Shown piece after piece: positions 18,740 through 28,705 of a DNA stretch of 64,000 bases. The notes under the pieces are model-generated. The model had not been told where the DNA came from and did not search any database. It saw only the letters and a program-made list of their open reading frames with translations. Every line of letters starts with the position of its first letter. Position 1 is the first letter of the stretch. The stretch is from a virus. The DNA lies in the IMG/VR virus record IMGVR_UViG_3300029319_008653, positions 29,040 through 93,039 of that record. One strand, 5' to 3'. A program made the position numbers and the translations under genes.

Positions 18740-18896
18740 CTGCTTTATGCATAGCCATGTCTCTAACAAGCTCTCTCTTGGCTGCTGTTTCTTTAGCTGC
18801 TGTAATTCCTTGGAAAATACCCCCCAGTATTTTAAGCATTGAGCCCATACCAGTTGCACCAAGCGTCGATAATAACATTGTAATAAGTCCTGACAT
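18417..18896 (-). CDS. multi-TM membrane protein, holin-like
   Basis: Three hydrophobic segments ending LGAIVGFYF, as in 3TM holins; late promoter upstream. Confidence 0.6.
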   Translation of the reverse strand: MSGLITMLLSTLGATGMGSMLKILGGIFQGITAAKETAAKRELVRDMAMHKADVDFQKAVFGDANADHGMFTRHTRRLIALIGMSNFAAISILCTLFPGVELVTFTPPESKEAFTFLWGLVKFPSGSDITTTITTGHISLVSIATLGAIVGFYFTPGGK

Positions 18897-18920
18897 AACA
18901 TTTTACTTCTAAATTTCTCT

Positions 18921-18936
18921 ATATAAATATTTATAT
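18921..18936. promoter_or_regulatory. palindromic bidirectional late promoter
   Basis: ATATAAATATTTATAT contains TATAAATA on both strands between divergent genes. Confidence 0.65.
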
Positions 18937-19384
18937 GACCTCTACTGGAATGGCTAATAATCAAAGACCTAAATCAGACTCTAATACATCAGCGAAGATT
19001 ATTGCTTTTTACAGAGGAAGGGTACTATTATTAAAAAATAAAGATAAAACGTATGAACTGCCTGGTGGTCATATAAAAATTGGTGAACCTACTATAGTTG
19101 GTGCTAAAAGAGAGTTCAAAGAAGAAACGGGACTCGATGTTACGAGGTTAAAATCATTAATAAATACGCCTACAAGAAAGATTTATACAGGATTTTTAGC
19201 TATTAATCGTGTTACTATTAGTAAGGAGCATATCGGCTTTATATTTGTACCATTAAATAAATTAAAGAAGTATAATTTAAATATAAAGGCTAAGAGCGAT
19301 CTTAGACTATTTTTAAATAAACGAGAAAAACTTAAAAATAATGATGAACTTTCAGACATTTTACCAGATTCTACAGGAAGCTGA
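18935..19384 (+). CDS. NUDIX hydrolase
   Basis: LPGGH..GE....GAKREFKEETGL Nudix box. Confidence 0.9.
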   Translation: MTSTGMANNQRPKSDSNTSAKIIAFYRGRVLLLKNKDKTYELPGGHIKIGEPTIVGAKREFKEETGLDVTRLKSLINTPTRKIYTGFLAINRVTISKEHIGFIFVPLNKLKKYNLNIKAKSDLRLFLNKREKLKNNDELSDILPDSTGS

Positions 19385-19703
19385 TCCAAAAAAAGGTACG
19401 GGAAAAAAACCTAAAGGGTCGGGTAGGAGATTATACACAGATGAAAATCCTAAAGATACTGTTAGTGTAAAGTTTAGTACAGTTTCAGATATAAGAGATA
19501 CTTTAAGTAAAACTTCTTTTAAGTCTAAATCTCATGCTAGGCAGTCACAAATTATAAATTTAATTCATCAAAGAGTAAGAGCGGCAAAAGGTAGAGTAAA
19601 AGACCCGGTTAAGAAAAAGAGACTTAATGCAGCGTATAAATATATTAGTGGTCGTAAAGAGGCTAGTAAGCGAAAAACCCAGAGAATGAAGAAAAAGAAA
19701 TGA
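19341..19703 (+). CDS. basic hypothetical protein, likely head-packaged
   Basis: MNFQTFYQILQE leader; K/R-rich. Confidence 0.65.
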   Translation: MMNFQTFYQILQEADPKKGTGKKPKGSGRRLYTDENPKDTVSVKFSTVSDIRDTLSKTSFKSKSHARQSQIINLIHQRVRAAKGRVKDPVKKKRLNAAYKYISGRKEASKRKTQRMKKKK

Positions 19704-19903
19704 TAACATTTAGTACATATTTTTTAGAGAACTTTAAGGATAAAAAAGTTAAAGGTAAGAGCAGACCCGGTAGAGTAAAAAGAGCAGGAGCAAGCTGTAA
19801 AGGGTCTGTAAGTGAGCTAAGACGTAAAGCTAAAAAATATGGAGGCGAAAAAGGCAAGATGTATCATTGGTGCGCTAATATGAAAGGCGGTAAAAAGAAA
19901 TGA
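19700..19903 (+). CDS. basic hypothetical protein, likely head-packaged
   Basis: MITFSTYFLE leader; ATGA coupling on both sides. Confidence 0.65.
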   Translation: MITFSTYFLENFKDKKVKGKSRPGRVKRAGASCKGSVSELRRKAKKYGGEKGKMYHWCANMKGGKKK

Positions 19904-20523
19904 AGTATGATCAAATAGCAGATTTAATTTTAGAAAAAGTTGGTGGATATAAACCTGTTAAGTTACCCTATGCATTGGATGCTTTAGAGCCTGTTATAGA
20001 TGAAAAAATAATGAATTTTCATTATAATAAGCATTATAAAGGTTATATTAAAAAACTTAATGATGCACTATCTAATACGGAAAAAGACTTAGTAGATGTA
20101 GTAAAATCAGCTGCAAATAAAAAAGATGCAATTCGTAATAATGCAGGTGGAGCGTATAATCACCAAATATTCTGGTTCATGATGAAGCCAGGCGGGAGTA
20201 AATTTGAAGGTGAAATAAAAGAGAAAATAGAGAAGCAATTCGGTAGTTTTGATAGCTTTAAAAAAGATTTTGTTGAGCAGGCTAAGGGAGTTTTTGGCTC
20301 TGGTTGGTTATGGTTAGTTCAGAAAGGAAATAAACTTAAATTTATTCCTACACATAATCAAGACAATCCATTAATGTTTGATAAGGATGTAAAAATACTT
20401 CTTGGTGTTGATGTTTGGGAGCATTCTTATTATATTCAATATGGTCCAGATAGAGAAAAATATCTTAAGAACTTTTTAAAGATAGTTGATTGGTCTTACT
20501 GTAATCAACAATTAACTCAATAA
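19900..20523 (+). CDS. sod: Fe/Mn superoxide dismutase
   Basis: LPYALDALEP, HYNKH, NNAGGAYNH, FGSGW, DVWEHSYY. Confidence 0.95.
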   Translation: MKYDQIADLILEKVGGYKPVKLPYALDALEPVIDEKIMNFHYNKHYKGYIKKLNDALSNTEKDLVDVVKSAANKKDAIRNNAGGAYNHQIFWFMMKPGGSKFEGEIKEKIEKQFGSFDSFKKDFVEQAKGVFGSGWLWLVQKGNKLKFIPTHNQDNPLMFDKDVKILLGVDVWEHSYYIQYGPDREKYLKNFLKIVDWSYCNQQLTQ

Positions 20524-21245
20524 TTAAATGAAGGTGTCGGATTTTTATAATCTGCAATTACTTCAATAATTTCATTCTTCATATAATTTACATGAATTGG
20601 TTTCCAATAAGGAGTTTCTTCACCATCATCACTGAATCGTTTTTGTTTGTAAAATATAACTAACCCGTCACATTTTTTATTAGTCATTTTTTCATATAGA
20701 TATGCGTATAAAGATAACTGCAATGCATATGTATTAAACTCACAAACAGTTAAATGAGATAATGGACCTATCATATACTCATTAAAACTACTATGAAAAT
20801 TAAAACGCTTATTAGTTTTAAAGTCTCCAAGCATAAAACTTTTCTCTTTTTCATAGACTAAGTCAGCAGTACCAGCTATATTGTCCTCAACGTTATACAT
20901 TCTTTCCTCAGCCTTAAACGTTTTATAACCACTAAAAATACTATTGGCTTCCTGCTCATATGATTTATATAGGTAATAATGCTCATCCTCTTTTTTACCT
21001 TCGACAAGAAAATCTTCCATAACTTTATGAATAGCAGTACCATAGTCACAAGCTTTATTTTTTTCTTTTTCCCATAGATCTAGTACAAAGTCGACATCTA
21101 AACCTTCTCTCTTTGCTACTCGAGTAGCATTTTCTTTTTTATCAAATTTAGGTTTATATTTTCCAAGAAGGGTAGTAACTGAAATTAATTCTCTACCGTT
21201 TTCAGTATTAACATATGTATGGGTACCTTCGTTAAAATAAATCAT
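20517..21245 (-). CDS. PD-(D/E)XK exonuclease
   Basis: SVTT, GTAIH, AGTADL, DFKT, QLSLY. Confidence 0.85.
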   Translation of the reverse strand: MIYFNEGTHTYVNTENGRELISVTTLLGKYKPKFDKKENATRVAKREGLDVDFVLDLWEKEKNKACDYGTAIHKVMEDFLVEGKKEDEHYYLYKSYEQEANSIFSGYKTFKAEERMYNVEDNIAGTADLVYEKEKSFMLGDFKTNKRFNFHSSFNEYMIGPLSHLTVCEFNTYALQLSLYAYLYEKMTNKKCDGLVIFYKQKRFSDDGEETPYWKPIHVNYMKNEIIEVIADYKNPTPSFNY

Positions 21246-21303
21246 ATATATATTATAACGTATAGAGTTGAAATATCAAATAGATATATTAAATTATATG
21301 TAT

Positions 21304-22167
21304 ATGAGAATTGCAATTAGTGGGTCAGGATGCCAAGGTAAAACTACTCTTATAAAGGATTTTTTAGCTCAATGGAAAAATTATAAACCTGAGAGTGAAA
21401 CTTATAGAGAGATTATTGAAAAAGAAGACCTTCCTCATAGTAAGTTAGCTACTAAAGACTCGCAATGGAAAATTCTTAATCATATGATTGACGAATTACT
21501 TACATGGAAAAAAGACTCTCACCGTGTAATGGATCGATGTCCGATCGATAATCTCGTTTATTCTTTATGGTGTTATGAAAAAGGTGTAGGTAATATTGAT
21601 AAAGAATTTATTGATAAATGTATACCTTTAGTTTGTGAAAGTATGAAAAATCTAGATATTATTTTCTTTATACCAATAACAAAAGCTGCACCAGTAGAGT
21701 TAGTTAATGATAATATGAGAGAAGTTGATCCTATCTATATAAAAGAAATAGATAATATTTTTAAGATGATAGGCGCTCAACATATTGAAAATAATGGAAG
21801 AAATCCATTCTTTCCTAAAGATGATGCACCCGGTTGGATTGAAGTATTTGGTGATAGACAAACACGTATAGCTATGATTAAACAATACCTTGATGATGAC
21901 GGTGATCTTATTGGAGGTACAGAAGAAAGTTTAAATGAGCTTATTAATCCGCATGACGGGCAACCTCTTGGTGGGTTAGACCCCGAGTCTCAAGAAGGTA
22001 GATTGGCTATGGAAAAACTTCTTAAACTACAGAAGCAAGCTCAAGTTGAAGAAAAGGAGTTAGCTGCTCAAAGACAAATGATTAAAGATACTCTAGGCGA
22101 GGATATCGATGATGAAAAACTTCGCGGGGTATATGATAGTAAAATTAATAAAGATAGATTTAATTAA
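21304..22167 (+). CDS. P-loop nucleotide kinase-like protein
   Basis: GSGCQGKTT, MDRCPID; start refined to MRIAISG. Confidence 0.75.
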   Translation: MRIAISGSGCQGKTTLIKDFLAQWKNYKPESETYREIIEKEDLPHSKLATKDSQWKILNHMIDELLTWKKDSHRVMDRCPIDNLVYSLWCYEKGVGNIDKEFIDKCIPLVCESMKNLDIIFFIPITKAAPVELVNDNMREVDPIYIKEIDNIFKMIGAQHIENNGRNPFFPKDDAPGWIEVFGDRQTRIAMIKQYLDDDGDLIGGTEESLNELINPHDGQPLGGLDPESQEGRLAMEKLLKLQKQAQVEEKELAAQRQMIKDTLGEDIDDEKLRGVYDSKINKDRFN

Positions 22168-22169
22168 TA

Positions 22170-22457
22170 TTATAATGCTTTAAGCATAATATGATAATCT
22201 ACACCATTAATAGTTATAGGTAAACCATTTGTTGCAGCACCGGCAGTTTGCGTTGGTACAGTTTCAGGAAACAATACACCAGATATAGTCGCTACATTAG
22301 TAATAGCACTTTTAAATGTTGTATTATCCGTACCAATAACAAAGTTTTTAAAATCTAACTTACTTGTCGCATTAGGAGATTGAACAATAATAAAATCTCC
22401 GTTAACTATTTGTGATACTACGGGTAATTGATCTATACTTACTTCTGAACTTGCCAT
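22170..22457 (-). CDS. small structural protein (fibre-like N-terminus)
   Basis: VSIDQLP..GDFIIV; TATAAATA at 22464-22471. Confidence 0.55.
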   Translation of the reverse strand: MASSEVSIDQLPVVSQIVNGDFIIVQSPNATSKLDFKNFVIGTDNTTFKSAITNVATISGVLFPETVPTQTAGAATNGLPITINGVDYHIMLKAL

Positions 22458-22485
22458 ATAAATTATTTATACTAAATTATATATA

Positions 22486-23271
22486 ATGTCAAAGATTGGT
22501 ATAGGAATAATAACATGTAATCGAACAGATTTTTTACAAACTTGTATCGATAGTATAAACAAAGATTGGTATGATGAGTTTGTTATAGTTAATGACGGTG
22601 AAATGCCCGTTAAAAATAATAGTTTTAACATTATAAATAACCCTAAAAATTTAGGTGTTTGTAAATCAAAAAATATAGCACTAAAATATTTGCTAGATAA
22701 TAGCTGCGATCATATCTTTCTAGTAGAAGATGATATGAAGTTTACCGGGAATATATTTAAAGAATATATAGAAGCGAGTAAAACTACAGGTATACAGCAT
22801 TTTATGTTTGGTTATCACGGACCTGCAAATAAAGGTGGTATAAGTGGAGGTAAACCTCAACCAAGAAAAATTATTGATTATGGTAAAATAAAAATAGCAC
22901 TAAACCAACACTGCGTGGGAGCAGTTTGCTACTATACTCGAAAATCTTTAGAGGATACTGGAATTTTTGACGAACAGTTTGATAAAAATAATTTTGAACA
23001 TGTAGAGCATTCATATAGATTAGCTAAGGACGGTTATAGTACACCTTATTGGTGGTGGGCAGATATAGCTAATAGTTTAGACTTTGTACAAGAGCAAGCC
23101 TGTAGTGAAGATAACTCAGCTATCAGAAGAGGAGATGATTGGCAACAGAGTATAATTGATAGTGCGTATATCTTTAAATCAAAACACGGGGTAATGCCTG
23201 CTTGGAATGACTGCGTACCAGATACTTCAGTTAAAGATGTTGTTGAAATATTAAGGAAGTTTAAGAAATGA
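22486..23271 (+). CDS. glycosyltransferase family 2
   Basis: IITCNR, VNDG, NLGV..SKN, EDD, FEHVE. Confidence 0.85.
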   Translation: MSKIGIGIITCNRTDFLQTCIDSINKDWYDEFVIVNDGEMPVKNNSFNIINNPKNLGVCKSKNIALKYLLDNSCDHIFLVEDDMKFTGNIFKEYIEASKTTGIQHFMFGYHGPANKGGISGGKPQPRKIIDYGKIKIALNQHCVGAVCYYTRKSLEDTGIFDEQFDKNNFEHVEHSYRLAKDGYSTPYWWWADIANSLDFVQEQACSEDNSAIRRGDDWQQSIIDSAYIFKSKHGVMPAWNDCVPDTSVKDVVEILRKFKK

Positions 23272-24002
23272 AAATATCTCTATTATGTCCCAGTCGAGAA
23301 AGACTTAATAAATTTTTAACTTTTACTAGTAGTATTTTTTGTACAGCTAACAATATTAAAAATATAGAGATAGTTTTAGGTGTAGATGAAGATGATCCTA
23401 AATTTAACGAATATAAAAGAATAGCTAAAAATCTTTCTTTTATCAAATTTACAACATTTAAGAAAGGCTTCTTCAAAAATGAAGGACTTTCCGGACTTTG
23501 GAATATTATGGCTCAAGTATGTAACGGCGATATAGTTGCAATGGTAGGTGATGATATGATCTTTCAAACTAATGACTGGGATAAAGAAATTATTGATACT
23601 TTTGAATCCAAAAAAGATCCAATATGGCTTATACACTGTAATGATGGCATGAGAGGACCTGGTAATAAATATGCGAATGTAGCTCCTATGGCTGTAAACT
23701 CATTTGTGCACCGTGCTTATATTAATGCAGTAGGTAGATATGTGCAGACAGAAGAACCAGCCATATTTCAAGATACATTCTTAGATAGACTTTTTGGTAG
23801 TTTAAATCGAAAAATTTATTTTCATAATATCATGATAAAACATCTACACTTTTCTGAGGGCGGTACGAAAGACAAAACTTCAGAAGCTTTAGAAGCTACC
23901 AGGGTAGGTATATGGGATAATGAAAACCTGTTTAAAGAAAAATTATTACCGGTAATGCAAAAAGAAATTAAAATTCTTAAAGACCTATATAAAATTAAAT
24001 GA
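23268..24002 (+). CDS. GT2-like glycosyltransferase
   Basis: PSRER, VDEDD, WN, GDDM. Confidence 0.8.
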   Translation: MKISLLCPSRERLNKFLTFTSSIFCTANNIKNIEIVLGVDEDDPKFNEYKRIAKNLSFIKFTTFKKGFFKNEGLSGLWNIMAQVCNGDIVAMVGDDMIFQTNDWDKEIIDTFESKKDPIWLIHCNDGMRGPGNKYANVAPMAVNSFVHRAYINAVGRYVQTEEPAIFQDTFLDRLFGSLNRKIYFHNIMIKHLHFSEGGTKDKTSEALEATRVGIWDNENLFKEKLLPVMQKEIKILKDLYKIK

Positions 24003-24652
24003 TAATATATACACATTATAGCAATTCGCACGAAGATTTATATAAAAATTATTTTAAAGATTCTTTACGTAAAATATATACTAAAGATGAAGTTAAAATA
24101 AGAGCTGCAAAGCATCGTCAAACAACTAAAGATGGTACCTTTATGGAGCAAGGTTGGTTAGATAGTATGGACTTTAAGCTACAAGTTATCTTAAAAGCTA
24201 TAGAAGAAAACTGGAACGACTATTTTATTTTTGCAGATACTGATATTGTTTTTTACAAGGAGTTTATAGATGACCTATTAATAGAAATAAAAGGATTTGA
24301 TATTGCTTGTCAAAATGATTGTGAATCTTTATGTGCTGGGTTTTTTATTGCCAGGGGAAACGAAAGAGTAAAAAATTTATTTCTTAAAATAAGAGAAAAT
24401 TATCGTAATATGGTAAACGACCAAGTTGCTTTAAATAGGTTTAAAAATATTATAAACTATAAACTATTAGATAAAGAAGAATATTATACTATTGGAAACT
24501 TTTTTGATAATGTTAACGGTACGCATATATGGGACGGGGTAACTAAAATAAAACCTCCTCGGGATATGAGAATACATCATGCTAATTATGTAGAAGGTGT
24601 AGGTCAAAAGAAAAAAATTATAGAAATGATTAGATCAGAATATAACAAATGA
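23999..24652 (+). CDS. nucleotide-diphospho-sugar transferase (GT77-like)
   Basis: FADTDIVF, CAGFF, DQVALN, HHAN. Confidence 0.8.
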   Translation: MIIYTHYSNSHEDLYKNYFKDSLRKIYTKDEVKIRAAKHRQTTKDGTFMEQGWLDSMDFKLQVILKAIEENWNDYFIFADTDIVFYKEFIDDLLIEIKGFDIACQNDCESLCAGFFIARGNERVKNLFLKIRENYRNMVNDQVALNRFKNIINYKLLDKEEYYTIGNFFDNVNGTHIWDGVTKIKPPRDMRIHHANYVEGVGQKKKIIEMIRSEYNK

Positions 24653-25488
24653 TAAGTTTTTTCGAAGATATATTTCAATATGAAAGTTTTCCTACAGAGT
24701 ATGAATGTTATAAAGTACTTTCTGATATAGATAACTATATAGCAGTACCATGGACTCAAATTTTAAATAGTCATTGGTTTAACTTTCCAGGTAATAAAGG
24801 TAGAGATTATTTTTTAAGAGAAATTAGTAAGTATAAAGTAAAAACGGAAAATAATTTTACTATATGTCAGCATGATAGTTTTAAACAACTAGAACTATAT
24901 TTTAAACATCTTAATATAACTAAAGTATTTTGTACGCTTCATAGTAAACAAGATAAAATAGATGGTGTAGATCTTATACCTATTTCATTTGCTTTTAATA
25001 AAGAATTTAGTAATGATAAAAAGAAAGATATTTTAGTATCATTTGTAGGCGCATCTACTACACACCCTCTTCGTGAAACTGTAAAAAAATCATTTACCGG
25101 TCCTAATTTTATATATAGAGATAGCTACCATATTGATAGTAGAGATCAAGATAAAGAAGAACTAGAACTGCAGTATAAGAATATTATGGAAAGATCAATT
25201 TTTACCTTATGTCCGAGAGGCTCATCACCTTCATCTGTAAGATTTTGGGAAAGTTTATCTGCAGGTACTATTCCAGTATTAATAAGCGACGACTGGGCCT
25301 TACCTGAATGGGATTGGGACAATACAATAGTAAAAATACCTGAGAAAGATATTGCTAATCTCACAACTATGAAATTAAATGTTTTATTAGAGCCGTTAAA
25401 TCATAAAAAAATGAAAGAAAAATGTCTCGAGGCATATAATAAATTTAAAAAACAAAACTTTAGAGAGTACGTTTTACAAAGCTTGTAA
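24649..25488 (+). CDS. exostosin/GT47-like glycosyltransferase
   Basis: SFVG, FTLCPRG..SVRFWESL.AGTIPVLISD. Confidence 0.8.
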   Translation: MISFFEDIFQYESFPTEYECYKVLSDIDNYIAVPWTQILNSHWFNFPGNKGRDYFLREISKYKVKTENNFTICQHDSFKQLELYFKHLNITKVFCTLHSKQDKIDGVDLIPISFAFNKEFSNDKKKDILVSFVGASTTHPLRETVKKSFTGPNFIYRDSYHIDSRDQDKEELELQYKNIMERSIFTLCPRGSSPSSVRFWESLSAGTIPVLISDDWALPEWDWDNTIVKIPEKDIANLTTMKLNVLLEPLNHKKMKEKCLEAYNKFKKQNFREYVLQSL

Positions 25489-25515
25489 TTAAATTTTATT
25501 GCAGTAAGTAATATT

Positions 25516-26340
25516 ATGAGTACGCATGTTGACGGTAATAACTTTATATCCCATTATCTTAAAAATAATAAACCATTTTGTGCTGGTAAAATTGGAGGCA
25601 CGGAATTAAAATTATTTTTTGCTAATCTTAATCGTTTAGATATACCTATTGATTTAAAATTAGAAGCTGAAAATGTATCTGGTCTAGTGCCTACTAATCA
25701 AGATACTCTTAAGTGGTTTAGTGATGTATTTGGAAAAGCAGTTAATGATAGTGACTTACTTGCAAAGTGGAGTCGTATCATACCTGCTTTAGAGGCAAAA
25801 ATGATAGATGAATCCGGAGCATATTCAACACCTCTACAGCATCTTGAGCCTTACTTTCATGATGATCCATGGAGTAATTATTTAGAAGATAAAAAAGTTT
25901 TAGTCTTTTCGCCTTTTGCTAAGAGTATAGAAAAAAATTATAAAAATCTTGATAAAATTTGGAACGGTAAAATTAAAGCTAACTTTAAATTGAAAGCTAT
26001 AACATACCCTACATCTATCACTATTACAGAAGATACTTCATATAATAACTATAAAGAAATTTACGATAAATATATAGAAATTATACAAACAGAAGATTTT
26101 GACGTTGGTATATTTGGTACAGGTTATACTGGGCTACTATTTGCAGCTGAAAGTAAAAGACAAGGTAAAGCAGGTATTCATATGGGAGGGTCGACTCAAT
26201 GCTTATTTGGTGTCTTAGGTAATAGATGGAAAGCAAATAAAGATTTTGATAATCTTATTAACGAATATTGGGTACCCCCGACACCTGATGAGACTCCCAA
26301 AGGTGTTAGTAAAGTAGAAGATGCTTGTTACTGGGGATAA
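25516..26340 (+). CDS. glycan-associated hypothetical protein (GT-D-like?)
   Basis: KIGGTE, VLVFSPF, HMGGSTQCLFG, ACYW. Confidence 0.6.
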   Translation: MSTHVDGNNFISHYLKNNKPFCAGKIGGTELKLFFANLNRLDIPIDLKLEAENVSGLVPTNQDTLKWFSDVFGKAVNDSDLLAKWSRIIPALEAKMIDESGAYSTPLQHLEPYFHDDPWSNYLEDKKVLVFSPFAKSIEKNYKNLDKIWNGKIKANFKLKAITYPTSITITEDTSYNNYKEIYDKYIEIIQTEDFDVGIFGTGYTGLLFAAESKRQGKAGIHMGGSTQCLFGVLGNRWKANKDFDNLINEYWVPPTPDETPKGVSKVEDACYWG

Positions 26341-27110
26341 TGAGAGTAATAGTAAAATATGACCCATATAACAGATTGGGTAACCGAATGTTTCAATATG
26401 CTTTCGGGTACTTATTATCTAAAAAATATAACTGTCCTTTACTATGCAATGACGATCTACCAAATTTTGGAATTAAATCTGAGAGATATACATATATAGA
26501 TCCAAATGTATTTGTTAGCAGAAGTGTAGGTAATCAATATTTTGATTTTACTAAACTTGATAACTTTGATGGTGATGTAGTGCTAGATGGTCATTTACAA
26601 AAGATAGATTATTATAAAGATCATAAGGAAGAATTAAGAAAAGTTTTTGGTATAAAGAATTTAGAGATGAAAAACTCTGAAAAACTTATCTTACATATAA
26701 GAGAAACTGATTATAAGGTTTTGGATATATTTTTAGGTTATGATTTTTATAAAAAGTTTATCGAAAGTACAGGCTATACAGATATAGCTATTGTAACTGA
26801 TAATCCTAAAGGAGAAACTATTCAGCGTTTATTAAGTGAAGGTTGTACTCTTAATACTGATGGTGTTGAATCACCGTTTTTACATCATGGGGATCGCAGA
26901 GCAATAGATGACTTTTTAACTTTACTATATAGCGAAAATATTGCAATATCTCAATCATCCTTTGCATGGTGGGGCGCATTTCTTGGATATCATAATAAAG
27001 TATTTTTTCCTTTTAGTACTACATCCAAGCAATGCTGGGCTTTGAAACCTGAAAGAGAAGATGTGGATTTGTATATTGATGAACCCAGTTCTATAAAGTT
27101 TGTATTATGA
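26340..27110 (+). CDS. alpha-1,2-fucosyltransferase-like (GT11)
   Basis: RLGNRMFQYA, HIRETDY, SSFAWWGAFL. Confidence 0.8.
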   Translation: MRVIVKYDPYNRLGNRMFQYAFGYLLSKKYNCPLLCNDDLPNFGIKSERYTYIDPNVFVSRSVGNQYFDFTKLDNFDGDVVLDGHLQKIDYYKDHKEELRKVFGIKNLEMKNSEKLILHIRETDYKVLDIFLGYDFYKKFIESTGYTDIAIVTDNPKGETIQRLLSEGCTLNTDGVESPFLHHGDRRAIDDFLTLLYSENIAISQSSFAWWGAFLGYHNKVFFPFSTTSKQCWALKPEREDVDLYIDEPSSIKFVL

Positions 27111-27925
27111 AATATTTTTTAGCTCATTTTGATACTAAGTTTCCAGATTATGTAAATTATTGCGTAAAGCAAATTCATAAGCATGATCCAAAAAATGATG
27201 TATATATCTGTGGAGATTATAAGCCAAGTTTTATAGAAGAGGATTATACTTTTATACATAGATCAGATTTAGACTTGCCAGATTTTTCTTATCTTAAAGA
27301 CGCTAGCGATCCATTATGGCATACTTCTTTATTAAGAGTATTTGCTATTAACAACTTTATGCGGAAATATAATTATGAAGGAATAATACATTTTGATAAC
27401 GATGTAATGATTTTTGGTAATTTTGAAAATATAAAAAATAATTTTAAAAAAGAAAATTATATAACACCACATAAATCTACCGAATATGCATTTGGATTTT
27501 CTTATATAAACAACAAGGAAAAATTTAATGAGCTATGCGCAAAGATTTTAGAATTAATATCTAAAGGAGAAAATAAAGTTAAAGATTTAACGGGAGATGA
27601 AGCTCATGAGATGAGATTATTAGGATACTGTGCAGATGGATTAATTGTTCCGCTTCCCGTCCATCCAAGTTTAGGCAGTATTGATAATTGTATTTTCGAC
27701 CCCTCATCTTGGGGTCAATATGTAGCCGGTACACCTGCAGGTCATAGTAGAGGTTTTATAGATGAAAAACAATTAGTAGGGAGTATCTTATCTAAGGAGG
27801 AGGAAAAGCCTACTCTATTATATAAAAAGTCTAGCGATACATATCATATAAAATTTAAAGACAGAATCTATCAAGTTTTTAATTTACATATACATAAGAA
27901 AAATTTAAAAGTTTTTAGTAAATGA
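27107..27925 (+). CDS. GT-A-like hypothetical protein
   Basis: HFDNDV, FDPSSWGQY, NLHIH. Confidence 0.6.
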   Translation: MKYFLAHFDTKFPDYVNYCVKQIHKHDPKNDVYICGDYKPSFIEEDYTFIHRSDLDLPDFSYLKDASDPLWHTSLLRVFAINNFMRKYNYEGIIHFDNDVMIFGNFENIKNNFKKENYITPHKSTEYAFGFSYINNKEKFNELCAKILELISKGENKVKDLTGDEAHEMRLLGYCADGLIVPLPVHPSLGSIDNCIFDPSSWGQYVAGTPAGHSRGFIDEKQLVGSILSKEEEKPTLLYKKSSDTYHIKFKDRIYQVFNLHIHKKNLKVFSK

Positions 27926-28683
27926 AGAAAATAGTTATATATCAAGAGTGGGGAGGATTAGGGGATAATCTAGCTCATACCACTATACCAAAGCTTTGCG
28001 AGAAATACGGTTATGAATGTTTTTTAAGCAAACAAAATAATTTTAGAAATAAAGATATTAAGGATTTACTTTTTAAAGACATACCAACAATTGATGAAGT
28101 TAATACAAGTTGGGTAGATAACTATACTGTAACGCAGAGTAAAGAATGGAATCATATTAGAAGTATACAGCTAGGGTATGGGTTTAAAGAAGCACCATAC
28201 TCATATCCATTTATTAATTATGAACCTAAATTTATTAAAGAATTAAAAGATATAACACTTATGGATTTATCTGGTTTATACTATTTTAAATATTTTAGCC
28301 ATATCTTTACTGAACAAAATTTAACTAGATTATATAATAAGATATTGTCATTGAATAATAATTTTGGTAAAGTAAAGACTGTACAGAAACCTAATATATC
28401 ATGTAATGAAGTTATAATATCTGAAGAAAAATATTCAATTAATAATTTATTCGATTATTGTGATGCAATATATTCATGTAAAAATTTTATTACGGTAGAT
28501 TCTGGTCAATCAAATTTAGCTAGCTGTATAAAAAATCAGTTTTTAGAAAATAAAAAGCTTAATATTTATACAATAGGTTTACAAAAAAATTTACCACCTA
28601 ATAATTATAATTCATATTTTTATCTTAATACAAACCATATAGCTTTAGATACAGGCCGAATGTATAAGGCTCTTGATTATTAA
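27922..28683 (+). CDS. GT9 (heptosyltransferase)-like GT-B protein
   Basis: GGLGDNL and FITVDSG..LAS. Confidence 0.55.
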   Translation: MKKIVIYQEWGGLGDNLAHTTIPKLCEKYGYECFLSKQNNFRNKDIKDLLFKDIPTIDEVNTSWVDNYTVTQSKEWNHIRSIQLGYGFKEAPYSYPFINYEPKFIKELKDITLMDLSGLYYFKYFSHIFTEQNLTRLYNKILSLNNNFGKVKTVQKPNISCNEVIISEEKYSINNLFDYCDAIYSCKNFITVDSGQSNLASCIKNQFLENKKLNIYTIGLQKNLPPNNYNSYFYLNTNHIALDTGRMYKALDY

Positions 28684-28705
28684 CTTATATAGTATAAAAT
28701 AAGTT

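Noticed and set aside
18740-18964. Upstream part of the 184-aa overlapping ORF
   Set aside because: It starts upstream of the late promoter and overlaps the NUDIX gene; only the lipobox-bearing part is supported.
20517-21245. Cas4-like nuclease as a sign of CRISPR
   Set aside because: There is no repeat-spacer array or other cas gene, and no Fe-S cysteine set; it is an ordinary phage exonuclease.
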